From the sequence record MZ574431.2: 64,000 nucleotides of DNA. The stretch is one strand, 5' to 3'. Numbering within the stretch: position 1 is the stretch's first letter; every line of letters begins with the position of its first letter. Below are positions 44,970 through 53,934 of this stretch, piece after piece. The notes beneath the pieces were generated by a model. It saw only the letters and a program-made list of their open reading frames with translations. It had not been told where the DNA came from and ran no database searches. Made by a program: the position numbers and the translations under genes.

Positions 44970-45758
44970 ATGTCCTCCTGCATCGTCTGCCGTCCCAAGC
45001 CCAAGGACGGAAAACCCGTCCCCAAGCTGAAGGCCTACAAGGTCCTGGAGGTCGACGAACACACTGGTGGGATCGTCTTCGCCGCGCACCACGCCGTCGC
45101 CCGCCGGGCCGGCGCCAACGAATGGGGTGACGGCGAATGGGACTATGTCGAGTGCAGCCGCGCGCCGCAGTTCGACGCCATCGGTCCCGAGGGCATGAAC
45201 GATCTGGTGCTGTGGCGCGATGGCTGGTGGTTTGAGTGCCACTGCGGCGCGCGGATCGACGACAGCTTCCCCAAGCGGTCCAGCGACATGGTCTGGGACC
45301 CCGCAGAAGGGGACTTCGTCCAGCGCAAGCATCCGCTCAAGCGCCTCTACTGCGCGCCGGCCAGGGACGAGCCGGTCCTGCACAAGGGCTCGCTCTATTG
45401 CGACCCCTGGTGCGTGTTGACGCGCAAGGACTTCATGCTCCAGCGCGCCCAGGAAGCCCGTCTGGCCCTGACCATGGCGCGCCTGACGGGCAAGCTCGAA
45501 GGCTGCACCCACCTGTCGGGCCGCGCCTACCACGAGACCCTGTACGACGAGGACGAAGAGTTCATCGATCGCTATGGCCGCCCGCGCCGCCGGCGTCGGG
45601 AAGTCAAGGTCTACGAGGTCACGTTCAGATTTCCGGGGTCCAAGTTCAACGGCTCCTGGAAGCACACCGATCCGACCAAGGTCTATGTCAGCAAGACCGA
45701 CATTGAGGCTTGGCACAAGTTCGAGGAGACGCGCCGTGCCGCGAGTTCAACTGGATGA
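44970..45758 (+). CDS. Cys-rich hypothetical protein
   Basis: CIVC, FECHCG, YCDPWC motifs. Confidence 0.75.
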   Translation: MSSCIVCRPKPKDGKPVPKLKAYKVLEVDEHTGGIVFAAHHAVARRAGANEWGDGEWDYVECSRAPQFDAIGPEGMNDLVLWRDGWWFECHCGARIDDSFPKRSSDMVWDPAEGDFVQRKHPLKRLYCAPARDEPVLHKGSLYCDPWCVLTRKDFMLQRAQEARLALTMARLTGKLEGCTHLSGRAYHETLYDEDEEFIDRYGRPRRRRREVKVYEVTFRFPGSKFNGSWKHTDPTKVYVSKTDIEAWHKFEETRRAASSTG

Positions 45759-46347
45759 CTATGACGACGAAGAAGACGACCTGAGCTACGGCGGCGCGGT
45801 CCGCCCGCTCAAGCCCAAGTTCTCCAAGATCAAGGACGGCTCCAAGCGCCGCAACTACGAGAAGTACGTCAAGCGCGAATTCGAGATCAAGAACATCGCT
45901 CCGATCTGCATCGAGTGCGGCTCCCTGGCCAAGCTCACCAGTGGCGCGATCGCCTTCCCCCGCCGACCCGAGTTCCACCGCGAGCAGGCCTATCTCTGCG
46001 ACTGCGGCGCACGGGTCCGCTGCCACCCCGGCACCACCATCGCCCAAGGCTTCCCGGCCAAGCACCGGGTCTCCGAGGCGCGCTGGAGCGCCCACAACGC
46101 CTTCGACGCCCTGTGGCGCGATGGTCCCTTCACCCGGTTCCTGAACGCCCGCTCTCGCGCCTATGCGTGGCTGGCCGAGGAACTGGAGATGGACATCGAA
46201 GACTGCCACTTCGGCATGTTCGATCTCAACACCTGCCGCCGGGCGACCACCCTGTGTGAGACCCTGGCCCGAACCGGAACCGTGTCATGGCCGATTGGCG
46301 CCGCACCCGCTACGTCGACGACATCCTCAAGCGCCTGGAGACCATGA
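45736..46347 (+). CDS. DUF3268-like zinc-finger protein
   Basis: CIECG, CDCGARVRCH, AHNAFDALW, AYAWLAEEL..CHFGMFD. Confidence 0.7.
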   Translation: MPRVQLDDYDDEEDDLSYGGAVRPLKPKFSKIKDGSKRRNYEKYVKREFEIKNIAPICIECGSLAKLTSGAIAFPRRPEFHREQAYLCDCGARVRCHPGTTIAQGFPAKHRVSEARWSAHNAFDALWRDGPFTRFLNARSRAYAWLAEELEMDIEDCHFGMFDLNTCRRATTLCETLARTGTVSWPIGAAPATSTTSSSAWRP

Positions 46348-46487
46348 CCATCCGCGAGATCGCCGAGGCGATCGACGATCTCGAAGTCAAGGTCGAGGAC
46401 CTGGAGTCCGAGGTCGTCCGGCAGGCCAACGAGATCGACGACTACCACTACCAGACGTCGATGGGAGACAGCGATGCGTCGGACTGA
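46287..46487 (+). CDS. small coiled-coil protein
   Basis: IDDLEVKVEDLESEV heptads. Confidence 0.65.
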   Translation: MADWRRTRYVDDILKRLETMTIREIAEAIDDLEVKVEDLESEVVRQANEIDDYHYQTSMGDSDASD

Positions 46488-46800
46488 CCGCGAGATCAAA
46501 CCCACCGACCTCTTCCCGTCGGCGTTCACCGGCGGCCTCAACCGCTACCTGCCGATCAGCATGGCCTCCTACGACTATGACGGGCCAGCGCCCGACGAAG
46601 CCGTGGTCAAGGTCGAGCGCGAGCAGCACTACAAGATCAAGGTCTGGATCGACGACCTCGTCGACAAGACCAACGATGTCATCTGGGTCCGATGCCTGGG
46701 TGATCAGGTCCTTCAGGACCATCCATGGCTTCTGCTGCGTTTCACCAACCACGCACACCGAAGCAAATTCCTCAACGATTTCAAGGAGTACCTCTGTTGA
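46474..46800 (+). CDS. hypothetical protein
   Basis: GGGAG SD. Confidence 0.7.
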   Translation: MRRTDREIKPTDLFPSAFTGGLNRYLPISMASYDYDGPAPDEAVVKVEREQHYKIKVWIDDLVDKTNDVIWVRCLGDQVLQDHPWLLLRFTNHAHRSKFLNDFKEYLC

Positions 46801-46997
46801 GCAAGATCATCTCTTTCCAGGACGTGACCAACGAACTGGGCAACCGCATTTCGCTGAAGGTGCTGTTGAACGACGACGCCACCCTGACGATCGAGATCAC
46901 CGGTCCCGACAGCCAGTCGACCAACACCCTGACGCCGACCGAGTTCAAGGCCCTGGCCGGCGTGCTGCGCACCGCCCTGCCCAGCATCACCTTCTAG
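46797..46997 (+). CDS. hypothetical protein
   Basis: AAGGAG SD, TTGA overlap. Confidence 0.7.
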   Translation: MSKIISFQDVTNELGNRISLKVLLNDDATLTIEITGPDSQSTNTLTPTEFKALAGVLRTALPSITF

Positions 46998-47009
46998 GGC
47001 GCTCCAGCC

Positions 47010-47525
47010 ATGACGTCGCAGATCAGCACTGAACGGATCGCTCAGATCATGCGCGAGCAGACCCTGCGGCGTCTGGCCTTGGAAAACCCCTGCCGTCCGT
47101 GTGGCGCCCTTGGTCGTGTCAAGATCGACGACACCGAGGACGCCGACGGCTACTACGAGACCAAGGACTGCGAGCACTGCAAGGGCCGAGGCTGGTTCAA
47201 AAAGACGCTGGACGAGGTCATGGCCATGCGCTTTGGCCCCGAGTGGCCGACCCGCCTGACCCTAGAGCAGAAGCTTCGGGCCTTGGAGAACCGCTTCTAC
47301 AACCGAGCGACCTGGGAGCCCAAACCCGGCGATCTCTACACCACCAGCCGCGCCGATTTGGAGCTTTACGAGGTCGTCGATGTTGCCGACGGACATATTT
47401 GCACACGCTACCGGACGCAACCGGACGGGGCGATCTCGCGGTGGCCGGCGGAAGAGTTCCTCGCCGAGCACACCTTCGGACACGCAAGGACCCACGTACC
47501 CAATTGGGTCATCGCCTTTTCCTAG
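47010..47525 (+). CDS. hypothetical protein with CxxC pairs
   Basis: CRPCGALG, CEHCKGRG (DnaJ-like CxxCxGxG repeats). Confidence 0.75.
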   Translation: MTSQISTERIAQIMREQTLRRLALENPCRPCGALGRVKIDDTEDADGYYETKDCEHCKGRGWFKKTLDEVMAMRFGPEWPTRLTLEQKLRALENRFYNRATWEPKPGDLYTTSRADLELYEVVDVADGHICTRYRTQPDGAISRWPAEEFLAEHTFGHARTHVPNWVIAFS

Positions 47526-48033
47526 GGGACAGCATCGCGTCTGGCCGGGCAAGTTTGCCCCGTTCGAGCGCGGCTGCTGCCGCTGGTGCGGCGCCACTAT
47601 CCTGCGGGCCGACGGCACGGTCAACCGGCGCAAGCAGTTTTGCGATCGCCACTGCGTCAACGAGTTCCTGCTGCGGACCGATCCGCAGCGCTGGCGGCGC
47701 AACTGCTACAAGGAGTCGATGGGCATCTGCCATCGGTGCAGCGAGGTCTTCGACTATTACGAGGACGACGGATGGGAGGCCGATCACATCGTGCCCCTCT
47801 ACCACGCCCACCGGATCGGCGACTGGACCGCCTGGGACCCCGAGAACCTCCAGCTTCTCTGCATCCCCTGTCACAAGGACAAGACGCAGGAAGACTACGA
47901 CACCTACGGCCGGCCCTGGCTGGACGAAAGCCCCGACGTGCTGCCCACCAGCGACCAGCCGCACCCGGATGATCTGCCTGACTTCGGCGAAGAAGACGAA
48001 ATCGACTTCGACGCCGATGAAATCCCATTCTAA
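47380..48033 (+). CDS. HNH endonuclease with SSB-tail-like C-terminus (true start uncertain, probably near 47534)
   Basis: CRWC, CHRC, EADHIVP, ENLQLLCIPCHKDKT; ends DFDADEIPF. Confidence 0.8.
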   Translation: MLPTDIFAHATGRNRTGRSRGGRRKSSSPSTPSDTQGPTYPIGSSPFPRGQHRVWPGKFAPFERGCCRWCGATILRADGTVNRRKQFCDRHCVNEFLLRTDPQRWRRNCYKESMGICHRCSEVFDYYEDDGWEADHIVPLYHAHRIGDWTAWDPENLQLLCIPCHKDKTQEDYDTYGRPWLDESPDVLPTSDQPHPDDLPDFGEEDEIDFDADEIPF

Positions 48034-48049
48034 GACAAAGACTTAAGCT

Positions 48050-48934
48050 ATGATCATCGACCGCTTGCAAAAGGACGGCCTGATTGCGCCGCCCAAGTGG
48101 CTGCCGGCCAACACCCACTACCTGACCCAGATGGGCTCGATCGCCTATGCGGTCCACACGCCCGAGAGCGACATCGACGTGGTGGGCTTCGCCATCCCGG
48201 CCAAGACCGAGGTCTTCCCGCATCTGGCCGGCCACATCGAAGGCTTCGGCGCGCCGCGCAACCCGTTCTCGTCCTGGGCGCAGCATCACGTCCAGCCGCC
48301 GGGCGGCCAGGAATACGACTTCACCGTCTACTCGATCATCAAGTTCTTCCAGCTTTGCCTGGAGAACAACCCCAACATGATCGACACCCTGTTCACCCCG
48401 CGCCGCTGCGTGCTGCACGCCTCCAACATCGGCAACTACGTGCTGGAGAACCGGCGCCTGTTCCTGCACAAGGGAAGCTGCCGCAAGTTCCGGGGCTATG
48501 CCTTCTCGCAACTGGCCAAGATCAGGTCCAAGACCGCCTCCCAGAACCCCAAGCGCCAAGCCTCGATCGACGCCCACGGCTACGACGTCAAGTTCGCCTA
48601 TCACGTCGTGCGGCTGGCGCTCGAAGCCGAGCAAATCCTGACCGAGCACGACCTGAACCTGGAGGCCAACGCCCCCATCCTGCGCGACATCCGCGCCGGC
48701 AACTGGTCGCTGGATCACCTGGAAAAGTGGTTCGAGGTCAAGGAGATCGCCCTGGAGGAACTGCTGGGCAAGTCCGACCTGCGCGCCACGCCCGACGAGG
48801 ACGCCATCCGCACGGTCCTGCTCAACGCCCTGGAGATGCACTACGGCACCATCTCCCAGGCGATCGCGCGCGAGACCAATGTCGAGCGGGTCCTGAGCGA
48901 GATGCGGGCGGTCATCGACCGGCACGCCGCATGA
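48050..48934 (+). CDS. RlaP/Nuc-transf-family nucleotidyltransferase
   Basis: GSIAYAVHTPESDID, NNPNMIDTLF, FRGYAFSQL, YDVKFAYHVVRL. Confidence 0.8.
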   Translation: MIIDRLQKDGLIAPPKWLPANTHYLTQMGSIAYAVHTPESDIDVVGFAIPAKTEVFPHLAGHIEGFGAPRNPFSSWAQHHVQPPGGQEYDFTVYSIIKFFQLCLENNPNMIDTLFTPRRCVLHASNIGNYVLENRRLFLHKGSCRKFRGYAFSQLAKIRSKTASQNPKRQASIDAHGYDVKFAYHVVRLALEAEQILTEHDLNLEANAPILRDIRAGNWSLDHLEKWFEVKEIALEELLGKSDLRATPDEDAIRTVLLNALEMHYGTISQAIARETNVERVLSEMRAVIDRHAA

Positions 48935-49512
48935 GCGCCATCCCCACCTCCAAGCGCGACATCGTCGACGCCATCCTCGCGGACATCCCGGCCTGGATGG
49001 CGCCGGCCATGACCGCCCAGTTCGGTGACGACCCCGAGGATGGTCCGATCGTCGACCACACCGCCCCGTCCAGCCTGCGCAAGCTGCTGGAGGAGACCGT
49101 GCCCTTCGCCGCCGTCGAGGAGAGCGAGTTCTGGTATCGGATCGGTGTCGTCCACGGCGTCCTGGCCCACGGCTCTGGCCGCTTTGACTGGCCGGCCGCC
49201 TTCGAGGAGGCCAAGCTGATCATGAAGGCGCGACGCGGCGACATCCCGCCCGAGCGTGTCCAGAACCGCACCTATACCCACCCCGACTGGTACACCGGCG
49301 ACTGCCCCCACTTGGCGCCCTACCGCACGGCCGGCGGCTACGACGGCGCGGTCCTGCCGCGCTATCCGCTGCGCTACGGCAGCGCCGAGGTCGAGGTCTG
49401 CAACGCCTGTGAGGCCTACCGCCTCAACGTCCACAGCCCCAAGCAGTGGTGGAAGGGACCGTACCTCGAAAAATACCGCCAAGCCATGCAGGACATAGAA
49501 GACGAATGTTAA
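48931..49512 (+). CDS. hypothetical protein
   Basis: ATGA overlap. Confidence 0.75.
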   Translation: MSAIPTSKRDIVDAILADIPAWMAPAMTAQFGDDPEDGPIVDHTAPSSLRKLLEETVPFAAVEESEFWYRIGVVHGVLAHGSGRFDWPAAFEEAKLIMKARRGDIPPERVQNRTYTHPDWYTGDCPHLAPYRTAGGYDGAVLPRYPLRYGSAEVEVCNACEAYRLNVHSPKQWWKGPYLEKYRQAMQDIEDEC

Positions 49513-49904
49513 GCGCCGCCGAATCCCGCATCGAAATCCTTGAAGAAGACCTGGAGCAGACCAAAGAAGCCCTGTCCATAACCAAGGTCTGGCTCACCGA
49601 GGACAAGCAGCGTTTCGCCGACCTGTCCAAGGACTTTGACCGGCTGGTCGAGCAGGACGCCCTCAAGGCGGCCGAAATCCGCGATCAGGAAGCCCAGATC
49701 GAGGCCCTGACCGAGGCGCTGCAACAGGCCGAAGACGCCCGCGACAACTGGCAGGAAGCCTATCAGGACGTCGCCACGCGCCTGGAGGACATCGCCGACT
49801 ATCTGCGTGAGCATCTGCCGATCGGGCACCTTCAGCGAAAGGCCAAGCAGATCAACGCCGTCCTGGCGCTGTTCGCCGCCGACGACCCCCTCACCGAAAT
49901 CTAA
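49506..49904 (+). CDS. coiled-coil protein
   Basis: Heptad-rich acidic sequence. Confidence 0.75.
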   Translation: MLSAAESRIEILEEDLEQTKEALSITKVWLTEDKQRFADLSKDFDRLVEQDALKAAEIRDQEAQIEALTEALQQAEDARDNWQEAYQDVATRLEDIADYLREHLPIGHLQRKAKQINAVLALFAADDPLTEI

Positions 49905-49921
49905 CCGACGAAAGACCTTCT

Positions 49922-50380
49922 ATGCCCATCCTTACCTACGGCTCGCTTCCCGAGGTTCCCGAAGCGCTCCGCTCGATCGCCAAGTCCTGCGCCTTCCCCG
50001 TCGGCGGCTATCAGGTCGAAGTCGTCCCCGCGCTGCGACTGGACGAATTCCGTGAGGCCAACATCGCCATCACCAAGGAAAATCACACCCTCAAGACCGA
50101 GAACGCCGCGCTCAAGCTGATCGACGAGGCCGCCGAGTCCGTCGCCGCCAAGCTGCGCGAGGTCCAGAACGCCTTTGAGATCGCCTGCGCCGAACGCGAC
50201 ACCTACAAGGCCGCCTGCAAGGAACACCAGGACACGGCCAACGAGGCCCTGAGCGAAGTGGCGCTGCTGGCCGAGTTCATCCGCGCGCGCATCGGCCTTC
50301 AGGGCCTGCGCCAGGAAGCCGCCGCCATCGACATGGTCCACGACATCGTCATCGACATCACCGGCGAGGACGACCAGTGA
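49922..50380 (+). CDS. scaffold-N-terminus paralog with coiled coil
   Basis: MPI..L..VPEALRS.AK..V.VVP..L.EFR..NI..TK.N shared with 51196. Confidence 0.8.
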   Translation: MPILTYGSLPEVPEALRSIAKSCAFPVGGYQVEVVPALRLDEFREANIAITKENHTLKTENAALKLIDEAAESVAAKLREVQNAFEIACAERDTYKAACKEHQDTANEALSEVALLAEFIRARIGLQGLRQEAAAIDMVHDIVIDITGEDDQ

Positions 50381-50781
50381 CTAGCATCCTCTACGCCACC
50401 AAGGCCGACGTTCCCGTCGAACTGAGCGCCTACGCCAAGCCCTACCGCGATGAGCAGCATTTCGGCGCCGCCGTCATCACCACTGAGGGCTTGGCCGTCG
50501 AGGTGGTCGCCAAGGCCGAGTACGATGCGACCAAGGCCGCGCTCGATCTGCTGGACAGCGCCTATGGCGCCCTGGCGGCCGATCACAAGGCCCTCACCGC
50601 CGAGCGCGCCCGCCTGATCTACCAGAACGAGCAGATGAGCGCTGAGCATGCTCGCCTGACGGCCCAGGCCGAGGAGCGCGCCCTGCTCAAGGCCTTCGTC
50701 CTCGACCACATCGCCGAGAGCGACATCGAAGATCGCATCCTCGACCTCAAGGCGGTCCGGGACGTCGTCTTCCGTCACTGA
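50377..50781 (+). CDS. coiled-coil protein, weak scaffold-N similarity
   Basis: VPVELSAYAK..VEVV; GTGA overlap. Confidence 0.75.
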   Translation: MTSILYATKADVPVELSAYAKPYRDEQHFGAAVITTEGLAVEVVAKAEYDATKAALDLLDSAYGALAADHKALTAERARLIYQNEQMSAEHARLTAQAEERALLKAFVLDHIAESDIEDRILDLKAVRDVVFRH

Positions 50782-50804
50782 TTTCGCTTAAAATACAAAC
50801 GATT

Positions 50805-50839
50805 AGGCCCGCCATGACCGACATCATGGCGGGCCTTTT
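50805..50839 (+). terminator. intrinsic terminator
   Basis: AGGCCCGCCATGA/TCATGGCGGGCCTTTT. Confidence 0.9.
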
Positions 50840-51019
50840 CTGTCGTCATGGGCCTTGGGAGACACCAACGGCGGAGGACCTGCGGAGACACCCGGAGCCC
50901 TCCGCCGCTTCGCGTCCAGAGGCCGGCGGGGCCTGTGATCTGAACGCCCCCGAAGAGTGCCGAAAAACATTTCCGTCGTCAACTCAACAAAAAGCTTGAC
51001 AGACGCGAGAAATGGCGCC

Positions 51020-51060
51020 GTGACGCAATTCTTGACATTAGGAATGTTTTCCTATACGTT
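51020..51060 (+). promoter_or_regulatory. capsid-operon promoter with internal palindrome
   Basis: GTGACGCAATTCTTGACA then TAGGAA-N4-TTCCTA (51039-51054). Confidence 0.7.
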
Positions 51061-51195
51061 GCGCCACATCCCGACAACCGGTGGTGGCTACCGAAAGCCA
51101 CAGCCTACAAGTGTGTCTTAGCTCGACTGCACGAGACGGGTCGTCACGCGCGCTCCCCAGGGTGGGGAAGCCCAACCGAGAAAGTCTAAAGTTTC

Positions 51196-52014
51196 ATGCC
51201 CATCATTTCGTTCGAGGACCTGAACGCGGTCCCGGAAGCCCTTCGCTCCTTCGCCAAGACCGAGGAAGCCACGGGTAAGGTTACCGTCAACGTCGTTCCC
51301 GAGGTCAAGCTGTCGGAGTTCCGTGACAAGAACATCGAACTGACCAAGAGCAACGAAGACCTGAACGCCCGAGTCACCATGCTTGCTGGCATCGTCGGTG
51401 AAGACCCCGACAAGTTCAAGCAAGAGATCGAAGACATGCGCGCCGTGCGGCAGCGCGTCGCCGACGGTGAACTGCGTGAAGGCCGGCAGATCGAAGAAGC
51501 GATCGCCAAGCGGACCGAGGAGATGCGCAAGGGCTACACCGACCAACTCGCCTCCGAGAGCCGTGAAAAGGCCCTCTGGAAGCAGAAGTGGGAACAGGAG
51601 AACAACAAGTACAAGGAACAGATCGTCGTCGGCGCGATCAAGGATGCGTGTATGGACCCCGCCCTGGGCGTGGTCACGTCGGCCATCGGCGACATCACGC
51701 AGCGCGCCAAGTCGGTCTTCCGGGTTTCGGACGACGGTCGTCTGACGGCCTACAACGGCGAAGCGGTCATCTACGGCGGCGACGGCACCTCGTCGATCAC
51801 GCCGAAGGACTGGGTCGTCAAGCTGAAGGACGAAGCCGACTACTTCTTCAAGGGCAGCCACGGTGGTGGCGCCGGCGGTGAAGGCGGGCGTAGCTCGTCG
51901 ACCGACAAGAAGGTCGCCGGCAAGTACACGCCCGAGCAGTGGGCCAAGATGGACGCTCGCGCCCGTCTCGCCGCCGCCAACGGTCAAGACCCCAACGCCG
52001 CGTTGGGCTTCTAA
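51196..52014 (+). CDS. capsid scaffolding protein
   Basis: Directly upstream of major capsid; coiled coil; C-terminal YFFKGSHGGGAGG motif. Confidence 0.75.
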   Translation: MPIISFEDLNAVPEALRSFAKTEEATGKVTVNVVPEVKLSEFRDKNIELTKSNEDLNARVTMLAGIVGEDPDKFKQEIEDMRAVRQRVADGELREGRQIEEAIAKRTEEMRKGYTDQLASESREKALWKQKWEQENNKYKEQIVVGAIKDACMDPALGVVTSAIGDITQRAKSVFRVSDDGRLTAYNGEAVIYGGDGTSSITPKDWVVKLKDEADYFFKGSHGGGAGGEGGRSSSTDKKVAGKYTPEQWAKMDARARLAAANGQDPNAALGF

Positions 52015-52213
52015 GAACTACCCGGTTGCAGGCCCGCGCGGTGATCCGCTGCGGGCCGCACCACCCACGAGTTTCGTACGCGGCTCTCACGACCTCAAGT
52101 CGGAGGGCTGTATGCGCAAAGAATACCCTCGGTGTCGCTGACGGCCGAGGGGCGATCCGAGGCGGGGGCCGTCTCTCAACTGTCAGTATTTTTCACCAAG
52201 AGGAGCTAGCCCA

Positions 52214-53149
52214 ATGGCTGCTTTGACCCTTCTGCAAGCCGCCGAAATGGCGAACGGCCGCGACGAAGTTAAGCGCGGCGCCATCATCGAACTGTTCGCG
52301 GAGCCCGATCTGCTGCGCGTCCTGCCGTTCATGAACGTGACCGGCTCGGCCTACTCGTACATCCAAGAAGGCCAACTGCCCGGCGTCGCCTTCCGTGGTA
52401 TCAACGAGTCGTACACGACCACGACCGGCGTCGTCAACCCCCAGACCGAACGCCTGCGCATCGCCGGCGGCGACCTGGACGTCGACAAGTCGCTGATCAA
52501 GACCCACGGCGCCGACGTTCGCGGCACCCAGGAAGCCATGAAGGTCAAGGCTCTGGCCCTGTACCTCGCTGGCAAGATCGTCAACGGCGACAGCGAAGCC
52601 GATCCGCGTGAGTTCGACGGCCTGCGCAAGCGCATCGTCGGCGACCAACTGATCGCGGCCGGCGCTTCGGCCGGTGGTGACGCCCTGAGCCTGACGGTGC
52701 TGGACACCGCCATCGACCAAGTCGACGGCGCGACCCACATCATCATGTCGAAGAAGATGCGTAACCGTCTGAACGCGGCCTCGCGTCAGACCGGCGTCGC
52801 GGGCTTCATCACCTGGGACAAGAACGAGTTCGGCACCCGCATCGCGTTCTACAACGACCTGCCGATCCTCGTCACCGACTACGACGACAAGAACCAGCAA
52901 GTCATCGCCTTCAACGAAGCCTGCCCTGGCGGCGGCGCTACGGTCGGCACCTCGATCTACGTCGTGAACATCTCGGAAGCCGGCGTCGTCGGTCTCCAGA
53001 ACGGCGTGATGGACGTCACCGACCTGGGCGAAGTCCAAGACAAGCCGGTGCTCCGCACCCGCGTCGAGTGGCTGATCTCGCTCGCCGTCCTGAACGGCCG
53101 CGCTGCGGCCCGTATCTGGGGCATCAAGGACGCGGCGGTGGTGGCCTAA
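52214..53149 (+). CDS. major capsid protein
   Basis: 311 aa; LLRVLPF, GVAFRGINE, NGDS..P.EFDGL, RTRVEW motifs; GAGGAG SD; strong codon bias. Confidence 0.9.
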   Translation: MAALTLLQAAEMANGRDEVKRGAIIELFAEPDLLRVLPFMNVTGSAYSYIQEGQLPGVAFRGINESYTTTTGVVNPQTERLRIAGGDLDVDKSLIKTHGADVRGTQEAMKVKALALYLAGKIVNGDSEADPREFDGLRKRIVGDQLIAAGASAGGDALSLTVLDTAIDQVDGATHIIMSKKMRNRLNAASRQTGVAGFITWDKNEFGTRIAFYNDLPILVTDYDDKNQQVIAFNEACPGGGATVGTSIYVVNISEAGVVGLQNGVMDVTDLGEVQDKPVLRTRVEWLISLAVLNGRAAARIWGIKDAAVVA

Positions 53150-53184
53150 CGGTCACCCCCACCTACTCCTTCTAGGATTGTGAT

Positions 53185-53204
53185 GGGAGGGCTTCGGCCC
53201 TCCC
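53185..53204 (+). other. GC hairpin with UUCG loop, no U-tract (attenuation or mRNA stabiliser)
   Basis: GGGAGGGC-TTCG-GCCCTCCC between the capsid genes. Confidence 0.6.
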
Positions 53205-53249
53205 TCCCACCGTCCACCTTCAACCTCTTTTTCTAGGGAAGCTCCTGAT

Positions 53250-53690
53250 ATGGAATCCGCCGTCCGTCACCAATACGACGCCCTGCTCGCGCTGCAAGCC
53301 ATCGGCTCGGCCGCTGTCACCGCCACCGCCGTCGGCAGCAACAAGATCAGCCTGCAACGCCTGACCGCCGGTCGCGGCGACCTCAATGGCCGCTACGGCC
53401 AAGGCGCCTTCGACGTGGTTGTCTACGTCTCGGCTCTCGACGCCACCTCGGGCAACGAGACCTACGAACTCCAGTTCGTGACCTACGACGCCGCTGGCGC
53501 CAACGAGACCGTCATCGAGAAGGCCACGATCACGTCGGCCCAGGTCGGTGAAGTCCTGGAATTCAAGTTCCAGCCGATCACCATCGCCAAGCTCGATGCC
53601 GACGCCGCCCAGTTCGGCGTCAAGATGGTTCTCGCCGGCACCACGCCGTCGGTCACCTACTACGCCTTCGCCTCGCAGGACACCCACTAA
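53250..53690 (+). CDS. minor capsid/decoration protein
   Basis: 146-aa beta-rich protein directly after the major capsid gene. Confidence 0.7.
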   Translation: MESAVRHQYDALLALQAIGSAAVTATAVGSNKISLQRLTAGRGDLNGRYGQGAFDVVVYVSALDATSGNETYELQFVTYDAAGANETVIEKATITSAQVGEVLEFKFQPITIAKLDADAAQFGVKMVLAGTTPSVTYYAFASQDTH

Positions 53691-53727
53691 CACTGGGTCC
53701 CTGCCCGAGAGGGCATCGACGATCAAG

Positions 53728-53757
53728 AAGCCGCCAGCCAAAAACTGGCGGCTTTTT
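53728..53757 (+). terminator. intrinsic terminator
   Basis: AAGCCGCCAG/CTGGCGGCTTTTT. Confidence 0.9.
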
Positions 53758-53808
53758 GCTGCCTGAACTCCGCCGCCCATAGCCTCCAAGCTATAGTGGC
53801 ATCAGGCA

Positions 53809-53882
53809 TTTATGCTCTTTAGGACATAAATCTGGTTTATGCTCTTTAGGACATAAATCTGGTTTATGCCCTTTCGGGCATA
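53809..53882. repeat. 27-bp tandem hairpin repeat (2 exact plus 1 variant)
   Basis: TTTATGCTCTTTAGGACATAAATCTGG at 53809 and 53836; TTTATGCCCTTTCGGGCATA at 53863. Confidence 0.9.
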
Positions 53883-53934
53883 TCGTGACGCCGATCCTGT
53901 CATGTGACACGCATGCTATCTTAATGCAGCGTTT

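Noticed and set aside
53809-53882. CRISPR array
   Set aside because: Units are directly adjacent with no unique spacers and there are no cas genes
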